Below, piece by piece: positions 7,751-16,158 of a stretch of DNA of 64,000 nt. Source of the stretch: Patescibacteria group bacterium (GTDB lineage Bacteria; Patescibacteriota; Minisyncoccia; Phycocordibacterales; DATDWN01); contig JAZKJH010000002.1 in assembly GCA_040384485.1 (NCBI GenBank), forward strand, positions 231,951 to 295,950, read 5' to 3'. The first letter of the stretch is position 1; each line of letters opens with the position of its first letter. A model generated the notes under the pieces. It was not told the origin of the DNA. It ran no database searches and saw nothing but the letters and a program-made list of their open reading frames with translations. The position numbers and the translations under genes were made by a program.

Positions 7751-8401
7751 TTATTGGACCTGTCGTGGTGAGGGCACAAACTTACTAATCATTTCTTCAA
7801 AAACTTTTGTTATTTCGGAACCTGGTACATATGGCCACTGTGCAAAAATTATAATGCGTTGTAAGTCATAAAAGTGAACATACACTAGAGTCCTACCAGA
7901 GGAACCTCCTGACTCATCTGACACCGCACGAATCATTCGATATCCATTTATTATTACTTCTTCGCTAGGGGTTATTGGGTCGCCTTCAACCATCGGATCA
8001 TCCTTGTAGCCTTGTTTTATCAGCCACTCATCCTCGGTCGTAACCCCAGCTATATCCGTGATGTTTGTAACAGCCACGGAAAAGTTTGGTCCCACTGCAT
8101 TCCACTCAGTTGCTTGTGGAATAATTAAGTCTTCGTTTTTAGTAAATAAAACACCTGGTGAGGCATCATCGTTATAAATGTACCAACCTGAGGCGACTTC
8201 AACTGTATTGGTTACATTGTTTTTTGTGAAAACAAATTTATTGAATTTTGGAGCAACTACCGGTTCATTTACCGGCTCTTGCACTTGCTCCTCTACAACT
8301 TCTGGAATAACTGCAACTGTTTCCTTTGCATTTTCATAATAAAACAAAAACCCTCCCATAGCGACCACAATAATGCCCAAGGCTACGTATATTTTAATCA
8401 T
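7751..8401 (-). CDS. hypothetical secreted or membrane-anchored protein
   Basis: N-terminal TM segment (IYVALGIIVVAMGGFLFYY). Confidence 0.55.
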   Translation of the reverse strand: MIKIYVALGIIVVAMGGFLFYYENAKETVAVIPEVVEEQVQEPVNEPVVAPKFNKFVFTKNNVTNTVEVASGWYIYNDDASPGVLFTKNEDLIIPQATEWNAVGPNFSVAVTNITDIAGVTTEDEWLIKQGYKDDPMVEGDPITPSEEVIINGYRMIRAVSDESGGSSGRTLVYVHFYDLQRIIIFAQWPYVPGSEITKVFEEMISKFVPSPRQVQ

Positions 8402-8428
8402 AGTTTTTTAATTATAACTAAAATATAC

Positions 8429-8460
8429 AAAAAAATCCCCGCCTATAAAAGCGCGGGGAT
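8429..8460 (-). terminator. rho-independent terminator of 8472..9038
   Basis: ATCCCCGC-CTATAAAA-GCGGGGAT preceded by an A-run, which is a T-run on the minus strand. Confidence 0.6.
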
Positions 8461-8471
8461 TGTATCTTTAC

Positions 8472-9038
8472 TCAGATTGCGATAGCCCGACGAGCATCCT
8501 CAAGAGTGGTGACCCCATACAGGTCGAAATCAGCCTTCCCCATGCCGTCCTTTTTACCACCGTCACTGTATGGAACATATAGCCTGCCATCAGGAACAAA
8601 AATAGTTTTGAGAAGGTCTGGGTAGACAAGAGTATCACTCTTTTTATACCCAGTAATCTCGAAAATCAAATCTTCGAGAATCCGATCAAGGTCCTCCTTG
8701 GTTCCAGTATGGACAGGTCGATACGCCTCTTTGCTGCCCGCAAAAGTAAGTGTTGGGATTGGATTTAAAACAACCTTATCCCACACATTGATTTTTCCTG
8801 ACTCAAGCAGCTTGGCATGAGTTGCCTCAGCCTGTCGAGCAGAGTCTCCTCTGCAAACAGCAGTGACATCATTGTTGGTTTTGTAGTAAAACAGCAACTT
8901 AGCTGCCTTGAGTTTGCTAATTGCGAGTGCCAACTTCTTTGCATCCAGGTTATCTGACCACCAGATAAAGAGTGCACATAACCCAACGGCCGCGATAACT
9001 CCTAACAAAAGCGAAGTAAAATAGTCCACTACTGCCAC
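8472..9038 (-). CDS. hypothetical membrane-anchored protein
   Basis: N-terminal TM segment. ORF of 188 aa. Confidence 0.55.
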   Translation of the reverse strand: MAVVDYFTSLLLGVIAAVGLCALFIWWSDNLDAKKLALAISKLKAAKLLFYYKTNNDVTAVCRGDSARQAEATHAKLLESGKINVWDKVVLNPIPTLTFAGSKEAYRPVHTGTKEDLDRILEDLIFEITGYKKSDTLVYPDLLKTIFVPDGRLYVPYSDGGKKDGMGKADFDLYGVTTLEDARRAIAI

Positions 9039-9142
9039 CTATCCAACTCCTACAATCAGTACTGCAAAACACAGGCGATGAGAGTTGATCTGGTAACTAG
9101 AATACAATTTTTAAGTCTTACTGTCAACATACTGTCTCGAAC

Positions 9143-10504
9143 TTACATTCCAACGATAACCGCTCGAGTTATCGAACCCACGTAACCAACTGAAGGTGAA
9201 ATAGATTTAGCTATTTGAAATTTAATGACAGCTGCTCGGGTGGCCGGACCAAAATAGGTTGTTTCATTCCCTACTGAACCTGACCCAGTTGTCGCAATAA
9301 CGAAACCTTTGCTGTTTAGAAACTTTTGCAATAGACGAACATCTTCACCAGTCATACCAAGTGACAGATTTCTTGTTAGATTTAAACTACTAGCTCCTGT
9401 TGAAGTCGGTGTTGGAGTCATCGGACTTGGTGTCGGAATAGTTACTGAGGCAGTGACAACAGCTCGCGTGGCTGGACCGTAATATCCATCGGCAGGAAAT
9501 ATTCGCATTGCTGTTTGATATTCAATCAAAGCAGTTTGAGTAAGTGTACCAAAATACCCTGTCGCGCCTGCTACCGCCAAACGTTTTGCTTCTGCACCTA
9601 CTGACTTTGCAATAAGGTGAAGTTGGAGAGCAGTCACTTCAGCACCTCGTGAACCGAGAGTTAAATCCCCAGTTGGAACTGTTGGTGTAGGAGTGGTGGT
9701 AGTAGGAGGTATTACTGTTGTTCCAGGAATAAAGTTCAAAGTGCTGGTGATTATAGTTGGAAGAGTGATATTTTGTGATATCGCTGAGTTAAATGTACTT
9801 CTGAAATTTATAACTAGGAGTTTCGACAAAGCATCGGCGTCGGACGTTTGAGTTAGAATCTTCGAAAGAAAAGAAATTTTCTCTGCAATCGTGAACTCTT
9901 TTGTAAGTCTCGGAAATGGATCTATGTGGTTTCTGTCGCCAGTAAATATTTCAAAGTGCAAGTGAGCAGCACCACCAGAAGCATTACCTGTGTTTCCTAC
10001 ATAACCAATAAGCGAACCTGTTTCCAAAACAGTTCCTTCGGTCACCCCTTCACCTATTTTATCTAAATGCATGTAAACAAAAGTCTCACCGCCTGGGTTG
10101 GCAGTGTACACATATAGTCCTTCGGTAGTCCCTGTGCCAGTTCTTAAAACGACTGCTGGAGTTGGCGAAACAATAGGTGTTCCTTTTACAGCCATAATAT
10201 CCTGGCCTTCGTGAAGTCTTCCTCCAGAACGTGGGTCACCAAAGTTTGGTGACATATTGCTTCTCGCAACACCGAACAAAATTGGTATTGGTACTTCAGA
10301 TACTATACTTGCAGGTAAATTACTAATTTTCTGTTGTAACTCACTCGAGTCTCTTCTCCAAGTACGGATTCTTTCATAATAGTCAGTGGTTGATTCATTT
10401 GAGCCGGTGATTTGGGAAGTTGTCGCGGTCTGTGCAGAGGAAATAATTGGAATAATTAAAAAAACAGCCATAAATAAGGCTCCGAACATATAATTTTTTT
10501 TCAT
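9143..10504 (-). CDS. M23 family metallopeptidase with two C-terminal peptidoglycan-binding (PG_binding_1-like) domains
   Basis: Signal peptide. HEGQDI...HLHFEI M23 motifs. Two LxxGxxGxxVxxLQxxL...YFGxxTxxAVxxFQ repeats. Confidence 0.85.
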   Translation of the reverse strand: MKKNYMFGALFMAVFLIIPIISSAQTATTSQITGSNESTTDYYERIRTWRRDSSELQQKISNLPASIVSEVPIPILFGVARSNMSPNFGDPRSGGRLHEGQDIMAVKGTPIVSPTPAVVLRTGTGTTEGLYVYTANPGGETFVYMHLDKIGEGVTEGTVLETGSLIGYVGNTGNASGGAAHLHFEIFTGDRNHIDPFPRLTKEFTIAEKISFLSKILTQTSDADALSKLLVINFRSTFNSAISQNITLPTIITSTLNFIPGTTVIPPTTTTPTPTVPTGDLTLGSRGAEVTALQLHLIAKSVGAEAKRLAVAGATGYFGTLTQTALIEYQTAMRIFPADGYYGPATRAVVTASVTIPTPSPMTPTPTSTGASSLNLTRNLSLGMTGEDVRLLQKFLNSKGFVIATTGSGSVGNETTYFGPATRAAVIKFQIAKSISPSVGYVGSITRAVIVGM

Positions 10505-10559
10505 ACCCTATATAAGACGACTTTGTTGCATCAATATTACCTCCTTGCACCTGTTACCC

Positions 10560-10588
10560 TTCAATCCAAGGGCATCCCTTGGATTGAA
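10560..10588. repeat. second copy of the CCAAGGG-CAT-CCCTTGG hairpin, with 13-bp arms
   Basis: TTCAATCCAAGGG-CAT-CCCTTGGATTGAA. The core is identical to 1823..1853. It lies about 56 bp upstream of the start of 9143..10504. Confidence 0.55.
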
Positions 10589-10595
10589 TTGGTAT

Positions 10596-10630
10596 AAAAA
10601 AAACCGGTGGTGCATTTACTGCACCACCGG
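10596..10630 (-). terminator. rho-independent terminator of 10645..11379
   Basis: CCGGTGGTGCA-TTTAC-TGCACCACCGG preceded by AAAAAAAA. Confidence 0.65.
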
Positions 10631-10644
10631 ACCAAAAACTTGAA

Positions 10645-11379
10645 TTAGCTTACACCAATGTGTTTGAGAGAGACCTTTGCTTCAACCTGTAAACCTGGTG
10701 TATCCACAAATGGAGTGAGCAACTTCTTCACCTCGTCCTCGATCTGAAGACAGGCATCAGTCGTAAGTGAACCAGCTTCGATCAGACAATCAGATGTGGT
10801 GAGATGAATCAGTGACCTGAACTCTGGAAGCTTTTTCTCAACATCCAGCAAACCTCGTGATGAAATCCAGTTTGCAATCCTAGTGAGGTTGTCTCTTACA
10901 ACTCTGCTGTCATCCGTATTCATTCCGACCTCATGGACACCACGATAGTAGGCCCATGCGTCGGCGATACAAACCGAGGACTCAATGTTGACAACAGCAA
11001 CAACGTTCCTTGTTGTTCTTTCAACTGAAAATCTGTAGAGTTGATCCCCTACACCTTTCAACTGGGCAGAGGTTCCTTCAGTCTCACATATATATTGATT
11101 CCGTATCCTCGCCCACTTTTTGTTACCAAATGGTGGATCCCAAAGCGCAAACGGATGGCTTTTGGCTTCATGTTTTTCATCATCGAAGGATAGAAGTGTT
11201 TCCACCCCATATTTTGTGTCTCCAAACTCAAAAAAGAAAGGTGATGCGACGGGGAGAGCAATAATTGTTGCCAGAAACACCCACATGAACTTAGGAGTAG
11301 TACCGGCCTTATCTGCCCTCTTATCCCAAAACATGAACAGAACCGCGGTAACAATGAGAACGAGAACATAGCTCAACAT
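10645..11379 (-). CDS. hypothetical membrane protein
   Basis: Two N-terminal TM helices. ORF of 244 aa. Confidence 0.55.
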   Translation of the reverse strand: MLSYVLVLIVTAVLFMFWDKRADKAGTTPKFMWVFLATIIALPVASPFFFEFGDTKYGVETLLSFDDEKHEAKSHPFALWDPPFGNKKWARIRNQYICETEGTSAQLKGVGDQLYRFSVERTTRNVVAVVNIESSVCIADAWAYYRGVHEVGMNTDDSRVVRDNLTRIANWISSRGLLDVEKKLPEFRSLIHLTTSDCLIEAGSLTTDACLQIEDEVKKLLTPFVDTPGLQVEAKVSLKHIGVS

Positions 11380-11436
11380 GTCATTAACCCTCTGGCAGTG
11401 ACAGTACCATATTTGACTAAAAAGTCCAGACTCAGG

Positions 11437-12120
11437 TTAAACTTTTACTAGAGTAACTTTTTGATTAGATTTTTTAATTTCTATATGCTCCCCTTCTTTT
11501 AATTCGATGGATTCTTTTTGATTGTCCGCATATATCATTGCTGGACCTCGGGACAAACTTAGTTTTATTACTGAATCCTCTTTTATTACGACATGATCGG
11601 ACTGCTCAGTACTATTGTTAAAAGCTAGACCAATTCCTAATTCAAAATAACTGTCTGTGATACTTCTATAGTATCCTGTTGAACCAAAAGGTGTGGCCAC
11701 TACTATGCCGTCTCCTATTATAGTATCGCCTATTTGTTCGTCGTTCACTGAAACCGTGTATCTCACAGCGTGCCTAGGGTCTTCGTTATGTAAAATAATC
11801 TCCCCCATTGCATACAAAGTTTTATTACCCAACGTCGCTTCAATTTTAAACATTTCCTCTTTTCTATATTCTCCAGCTTTTACTTTTTTCAAAACCTCCT
11901 CATTAGAATATTTTGAACATTTTTTACAAACCAAACTATTTTTCAAAACTATTTTTGGTATACCTGGATAAGCAGCTTCTGCTCGTACGATAGTTCCGTC
12001 TCCTCCGAAGGTCACGATAAAATCTGGTTCTGTTTCTACTATTTCAAAACCACACTCCACTACAGTCTTTTCTATTTTTTCCTTCTCATCGCCAAAAATT
12101 ATAACTTTCATATTACTCAT
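11437..12120 (-). CDS. nadK: NAD(+) kinase
   Basis: GGDGT motif and DGIVVATPFGSTGYYRS (the NADK NE/D-GSTAY region). Confidence 0.85.
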   Translation of the reverse strand: MSNMKVIIFGDEKEKIEKTVVECGFEIVETEPDFIVTFGGDGTIVRAEAAYPGIPKIVLKNSLVCKKCSKYSNEEVLKKVKAGEYRKEEMFKIEATLGNKTLYAMGEIILHNEDPRHAVRYTVSVNDEQIGDTIIGDGIVVATPFGSTGYYRSITDSYFELGIGLAFNNSTEQSDHVVIKEDSVIKLSLSRGPAMIYADNQKESIELKEGEHIEIKKSNQKVTLVKV

Positions 12121-12121
12121 T

Positions 12122-12628
12122 TTATTTCTTGGTCTTTACTAAAGTAACTTCATTGCCCTGTTCGTTGTATATCACAGAATCAGCGTAGGACTTCATAAAT
12201 AACATGCCCCTACCTTTTGGTTTCAGCAAACCTTCCCCAGTTGTCGGGTCAGCAACTTCTCTCCAGTTAAAACCTTTTCCTTCGTCGCGGATGCGGATTT
12301 CTACCTTATTCTCATCTAAATCAATATCCACAAATACTTTTTTGTCTGTTGGATTTCTCTCTTGTTCAGCTTTTGCTATAACACCCAACTCTTCAAAACT
12401 TCCGTCAGGTATTGAGACATCCAGATTTCCGTGAGCAATAGCGTTAATAAGCGCTTCTCTGAAAGCTACTTGAATGTCTAGGACTTCATCACTCTCCAAA
12501 TCCCAACCAGCTACTTCTAGTTTTTTCCCAAGTGCATCATCTGCGGTAGTAACCAAACCAATGTCGGTTGGTAATATCCAATTGTTTCCAAGAAACTGCT
12601 CCTCTTTATTTATAGATTCTATTCCCAT
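12122..12628 (-). CDS. HATPase_c-domain protein, anti-sigma-factor (RsbW/SpoIIAB)-like serine kinase
   Basis: ALINAIAHGN...IRDEGKGF...GRGM motifs. The start was chosen at the internal Met (MGIES) to avoid overlap with the BtpA-like gene. The longer ORF-track start at 12772 is possible. Confidence 0.6.
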   Translation of the reverse strand: MGIESINKEEQFLGNNWILPTDIGLVTTADDALGKKLEVAGWDLESDEVLDIQVAFREALINAIAHGNLDVSIPDGSFEELGVIAKAEQERNPTDKKVFVDIDLDENKVEIRIRDEGKGFNWREVADPTTGEGLLKPKGRGMLFMKSYADSVIYNEQGNEVTLVKTKK

Positions 12629-12725
12629 ACTTAAAATATAGCATTTTAAACTTAAAGGCAGAAGTCGCTTCGGTTTGACTTGAAATACACTTCGTATATA
12701 GTTATTCCAGAACTGAACCCATAAC

Positions 12726-13445
12726 TTGGAGGTGCTCGTGGAGTATCGAGAAGTATTCAAAAAAAGACACACCTTTTTTCCTGTGATTCATGTCGAAACT
12801 GAAAACCAGGCTATTCGAAATACAAAAATTGCAGAGGAAAACGGTGCTGATGGAGTGTTCCTTATTAACCACCGAATTTCCCACAAGGAGTTGCAAAAAG
12901 TATACCTAGCGGTCAGAAACCAGTTTCCAAAATTTTGGATTGGTTTGAATTTTCTTGACCTGCAGCGTGAACATGCCTTGGCACTAATGCCAAGGGATGC
13001 AAACGCTCTCTGGGCTGACGACGGCGGAGTTCATGAAGCTCCTACAAAAGGCCTCGCGCCCAGGCACGGCGAAGCCAAACACTTTTCCAAACTTTTGGAT
13101 AGATCGAGATGGAAAGGTTTGTATTTTGGAGGTGTAGCTTTCAAGACGCAGAAACATGCGAACGAACCCGCCTTGCTGGCAAGATATGCCACAGCCTTTA
13201 TGGATGTGGTGACAACAAGCGGCGTATCGACTGGCAGAGCCCCTGATCACGAAAAAATTCGGGAAATGAAGGACGCTATCGGCCAGCACCCTATCGCTAT
13301 CGCGAGTGGAGTCACACCAGAAAATGTTCTGGGTTACACCCTACACACTGACTGCTTTCTGGTTGCAACAGGAGTGAGCGACTCGTTCACTGAGCTCAAT
13401 CCAAACAGAGTCAGAAAGTTTGCAGATGTTCTTGCAAGTGCCTGA
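12726..13445 (+). CDS. BtpA/SgcQ-family TIM-barrel protein
   Basis: FFPVIHVE, DGVFLINH and IASGVTPENV motifs are typical of the BtpA family. Confidence 0.6.
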   Translation: MEVLVEYREVFKKRHTFFPVIHVETENQAIRNTKIAEENGADGVFLINHRISHKELQKVYLAVRNQFPKFWIGLNFLDLQREHALALMPRDANALWADDGGVHEAPTKGLAPRHGEAKHFSKLLDRSRWKGLYFGGVAFKTQKHANEPALLARYATAFMDVVTTSGVSTGRAPDHEKIREMKDAIGQHPIAIASGVTPENVLGYTLHTDCFLVATGVSDSFTELNPNRVRKFADVLASA

Positions 13446-13448
13446 CAC

Positions 13449-13483
13449 AATCGTCTTTGCCTAACAGCAAAGACGATTTTTTT
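13449..13483 (+). terminator. rho-independent terminator
   Basis: AATCGTCTTTGC-CTAACA-GCAAAGACGATT followed by TTTTTTT. Confidence 0.65.
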
Positions 13484-13493
13484 AAATTTGTAT

Positions 13494-13527
13494 AAAAAAA
13501 TGCCCAGCGAGATTGCTCTCGCTGGGC
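13494..13527 (-). terminator. rho-independent terminator of 13533..14135
   Basis: GCCCAGCGAG-ATTGCT-CTCGCTGGGC preceded by AAAAAAA. Confidence 0.65.
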
Positions 13528-13532
13528 TTGGA

Positions 13533-14135
13533 CTAGTTGGCCATGCCTCGGATTAACATGAAGGGCCAGTTGGCATTGGCGCGTGATGCCAGATCCAAAA
13601 CGGTTTTGTTGGTTTCGCTGGATGTTCTCAGTTCCAACAGCTCTGCATGAACATAGCAAAACATTTCATCGTAATCCTCAGGGAACCCCGAGAATGATGA
13701 AAGGAATGTCAGGTTGTCGCCGAGAACTGGATGATCAACGCCTGGGATGATAATTGCTCCTGCGTACTCACCTGCATCTCTGTTTGCCGACTGACGACTG
13801 GTGAGGTGGCCGTGCGTCTTGTGTTTCCACATGAGACGCAATGCCTTTTCATGAGCATTGTTCTGATACCGGGACCAATCTCCCAGATCCTTCTCGACCC
13901 TGCCGATGAATGACCTGTCGTATGCACTTATCCGGTGATAATGACGACGTCCGTCCAATGGTCTATCTGTGACATACATGTGATGCACGCCACAGTTGCT
14001 TTCGATTCCCTTCTTCGCCATTTCTTTCTTGACGATTTCTGCTGCCTCCAGGGCCTCCCTATGGATACGTGCAGCAAACTGAAGAAAATCACTTCCTTGA
14101 ACTCTCACCTTTAGCATCTTCCCTCCGTTGGACAC
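13533..14135 (-). CDS. hypothetical protein
   Basis: 200-aa ORF. G+C-richer than the surrounding window. No recognisable domain. Confidence 0.5.
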   Translation of the reverse strand: MSNGGKMLKVRVQGSDFLQFAARIHREALEAAEIVKKEMAKKGIESNCGVHHMYVTDRPLDGRRHYHRISAYDRSFIGRVEKDLGDWSRYQNNAHEKALRLMWKHKTHGHLTSRQSANRDAGEYAGAIIIPGVDHPVLGDNLTFLSSFSGFPEDYDEMFCYVHAELLELRTSSETNKTVLDLASRANANWPFMLIRGMAN

Positions 14136-14164
14136 AGTAACACATATAGTGTGCTATGTAAATA

Positions 14165-14554
14165 TTATGAAGAAAACTCAATATCAAAAGGGTACATTCC
14201 CATCCCACAAGAACCAGCTAAACTTCCCTGATCAGACTGTCCGATGTTTATATCTGTTGAACCATTTTGATTAAGTGTTTGATTAATACCCAGGGATGGA
14301 ATAGAAACAATGAGTGAGCAATCAAAAGTGTTTTTAGTATTGAAGCGAACTATGGTAGGAAGTCCTGCTTTAGCATAACTTGTTCCGGGTTTATATCCCC
14401 CCTTTGCGTCTATTTCTATTATTTGAACACCGTCAACAATGCTGACATTGTTTACAGGCACTTCTACCTCTCGTGGTTTATTTAAAACTAGGATTATAGA
14501 AATACCGACCAGAGTGGAGGCTACTATTATAGAAATTAAATTTGCTTTATTCAT
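14165..14554 (-). CDS. small secreted protein, possibly a metal-binding partner of the transporter
   Basis: Signal/TM segment (LISIIVASTLVGISIILV). Contains Cys residues and a CGMGMY motif. Directly downstream of the HMA gene. Confidence 0.5.
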   Translation of the reverse strand: MNKANLISIIVASTLVGISIILVLNKPREVEVPVNNVSIVDGVQIIEIDAKGGYKPGTSYAKAGLPTIVRFNTKNTFDCSLIVSIPSLGINQTLNQNGSTDINIGQSDQGSLAGSCGMGMYPFDIEFSS

Positions 14555-14558
14555 GTAA

Positions 14559-15587
14559 TTAAAAATTAAACAATGCTGGTATAAATCCGAAGGCTGCCAG
14601 GGCATTTACTAAATTAAAAGCTGCGAATAAAATAACTATTATTCCTGCTGTTTTGAAAAAGATTCCGGATTTGGAACTATTTCTTATGCTAAACGAACTA
14701 AAACTAAGTAGAGCCAGTACTGGTAAAGTGCCTAGCGCAAAAATCAGCATTGTTACAGCACCGCCCAAAAAACTTCCTGAACTGAGGGTATATAACTGCA
14801 TTGATTGAGTAAATCCACATGGCAAGAAAAAAGTAGCAATCCCTACCAAGACAGGTGTAAAAGTGTGGTTGAATTTTGAAGTTTTGTGAACATGCTTACT
14901 TACAAAAGCCGGCATAGAGGGTTGGATTTTCTTGGCCCAAGGAAATACGTCCAACAAGTTGATGCCAAGCACAAGCATTACGCCGGCAATAACAAGGTTT
15001 AATATAAACGTACTTAAAGCTCCTAGTGTAAAAACTGAACCTAATGCCCCTATTATTCCTCCAAGCATAAAGAAAGAAACCAAACGTCCTGTGTGGAACA
15101 TAAGCTGTGGCCTGACCTGGTCTCCATCTTTTGCAAAAGTGGCCGACATGGACAATAAAAGCCCACCTACAACTGCCATGCAAGTAGAAAGTGAAGCAAC
15201 TATACCTATTAGAAAAACTGTGCCGAGAGTAACCTCATCTCCTCCAACCATGTTTACTATTCCTAACTTTTGAAGAAGAACAAATAAAATCACTAGCCCC
15301 AATGAAATAGGAACTGCCAGTTTAAAGTCATCCCATTTTGTTATATGCTTACTTTTTTCTACAAAAAATGAGTAACCATTATCGTGCAGTAAAGCAGAAA
15401 AATCTTTCGCCAGCTCCTCTTTTGGAACATCTTTAAAGTCACCAACAACTAAAACAGTATGATCACCAAAATCGACTTTTACTGAGTCCACATAAGACAA
15501 ATCCGATAATTCTTTTTCAATAGTTTGACTGCAAGCCTTACAGTTCATTCCCTTTATATGAAAAATGTGTGAAATTTTATTTTCCAA
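14559..15587 (-). CDS. heavy-metal-associated (HMA) domain fused to a multi-pass membrane transporter-like domain (DsbD_2/TauE-like)
   Basis: N-terminal IKGMNCKAC (GMxCxxC). About 7 TM helices with an FLPCGF motif. The start is a TTG at 15587 in the track; a start at the nearby internal M (GMNCKAC) is also possible. Confidence 0.7.
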   Translation of the reverse strand: MENKISHIFHIKGMNCKACSQTIEKELSDLSYVDSVKVDFGDHTVLVVGDFKDVPKEELAKDFSALLHDNGYSFFVEKSKHITKWDDFKLAVPISLGLVILFVLLQKLGIVNMVGGDEVTLGTVFLIGIVASLSTCMAVVGGLLLSMSATFAKDGDQVRPQLMFHTGRLVSFFMLGGIIGALGSVFTLGALSTFILNLVIAGVMLVLGINLLDVFPWAKKIQPSMPAFVSKHVHKTSKFNHTFTPVLVGIATFFLPCGFTQSMQLYTLSSGSFLGGAVTMLIFALGTLPVLALLSFSSFSIRNSSKSGIFFKTAGIIVILFAAFNLVNALAAFGFIPALFNF

Positions 15588-15612
15588 GATAGTTATATTA
15601 TAGCAATTACGT

Positions 15613-15650
15613 AAAATAAAAACCTACAGGCGGATATGCCACCTGTAGGT
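15613..15650 (-). terminator. intrinsic-terminator-like hairpin directly upstream of the HMA transporter gene; possible attenuator
   Basis: ACCTACAGG...CCTGTAGGT preceded by AAAATAAAAA on the plus strand, which gives a U-run after the hairpin on the minus strand. Confidence 0.5.
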
Positions 15651-15812
15651 TCGGTCCGCTTTCGCCCCCACTTTTTTAGAATAGGGGCCAGGTACTGCAG
15701 CCCTCTTTGCAATGGGCCACGGCGCGCAACATGTAGCGCTTCATAAGGAACAACCTTTCTCCTGAAAACAGAATGCCTGCTCAGGGAAAGAGTTTACCCT
15801 TTCTCTGAGCAC
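15651..15812 (-). ncRNA. GC-rich structured leader or small RNA between csoR and the HMA transporter; contains a 22-codon ORF (MKRYMLRAVAHCKEGCSTWPLF)
   Basis: Strongly GC-richer than the surrounding AT-rich sequence. It holds a 14-bp stem (GCUCAGAGAAAGGG / CCCUUUCUCUGAGC, plus 15765..15796) just after the csoR stop. AGGAGAAAGG lies 9-13 nt before the tiny ORF's ATG. I could not match it to a named RNA family. Confidence 0.35.
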
Positions 15813-15816
15813 GAAA

Positions 15817-16086
15817 CTATTTTCTTTTCAATCTATAAACCTTCAATATTTCATCAGCCATTTTACTTCCCTTTCCTTTTTTTACCTGATCCGTTGCACA
15901 ACAGTTGAGATGGTTTTCCATAAGAGCATCCTCTGCACTAGAAAGCGCTCTCTTTACCGCTGAAGTTTGAGTGATTATGTCTATACAATACTTGCCACTT
16001 GCCACCATTCCTTGCAAGGCACGTACCTGTCCCTCTACTATCTTTAGTTGACGGACTATTTGTTCTTTTGTTTTTGGTTTATGCAT
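15817..16086 (-). CDS. csoR: CsoR/RcnR-family metal-sensing transcriptional repressor
   Basis: 89 aa. CIDIITQTSAVKRAL...HLNCC matches the CsoR metal-ligand motifs. Confidence 0.8.
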   Translation of the reverse strand: MHKPKTKEQIVRQLKIVEGQVRALQGMVASGKYCIDIITQTSAVKRALSSAEDALMENHLNCCATDQVKKGKGSKMADEILKVYRLKRK

Positions 16087-16099
16087 TTATTTATATGCT

Positions 16100-16116
16100 A
16101 TACCCCCTGGGGGTAT
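16100..16116. promoter_or_regulatory. CsoR-type operator ATACCCCC-T-GGGGGTAT
   Basis: Perfect 8-bp inverted arms of C/G tracts flanked by AT, 14 bp upstream of the csoR ATG. It resembles known CsoR operators (AT-flanked C/G tracts, from memory). Confidence 0.55.
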
Positions 16117-16158
16117 ATGTCAAATCGAGTTATGCACAAGATATGATAGGATAGATTT

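Noticed and set aside
12628-12772. N-terminal 48-aa extension of the HATPase_c gene
   Set aside because: It overlaps the BtpA-like gene start on the other strand. An internal Met immediately precedes the conserved domain. The longer form is still possible.
15588-15816. RNase P RNA, SRP (4.5S) RNA, tmRNA or 6S RNA in the GC-rich csoR-HMA spacer
   Set aside because: The spacer is too short for RNase P or tmRNA. I found no SRP helix-8 consensus (AGGxCxGGAAGGxAGCA) on either strand, and no long-range 6S-like hairpin. It is kept only as an unclassified structured leader.
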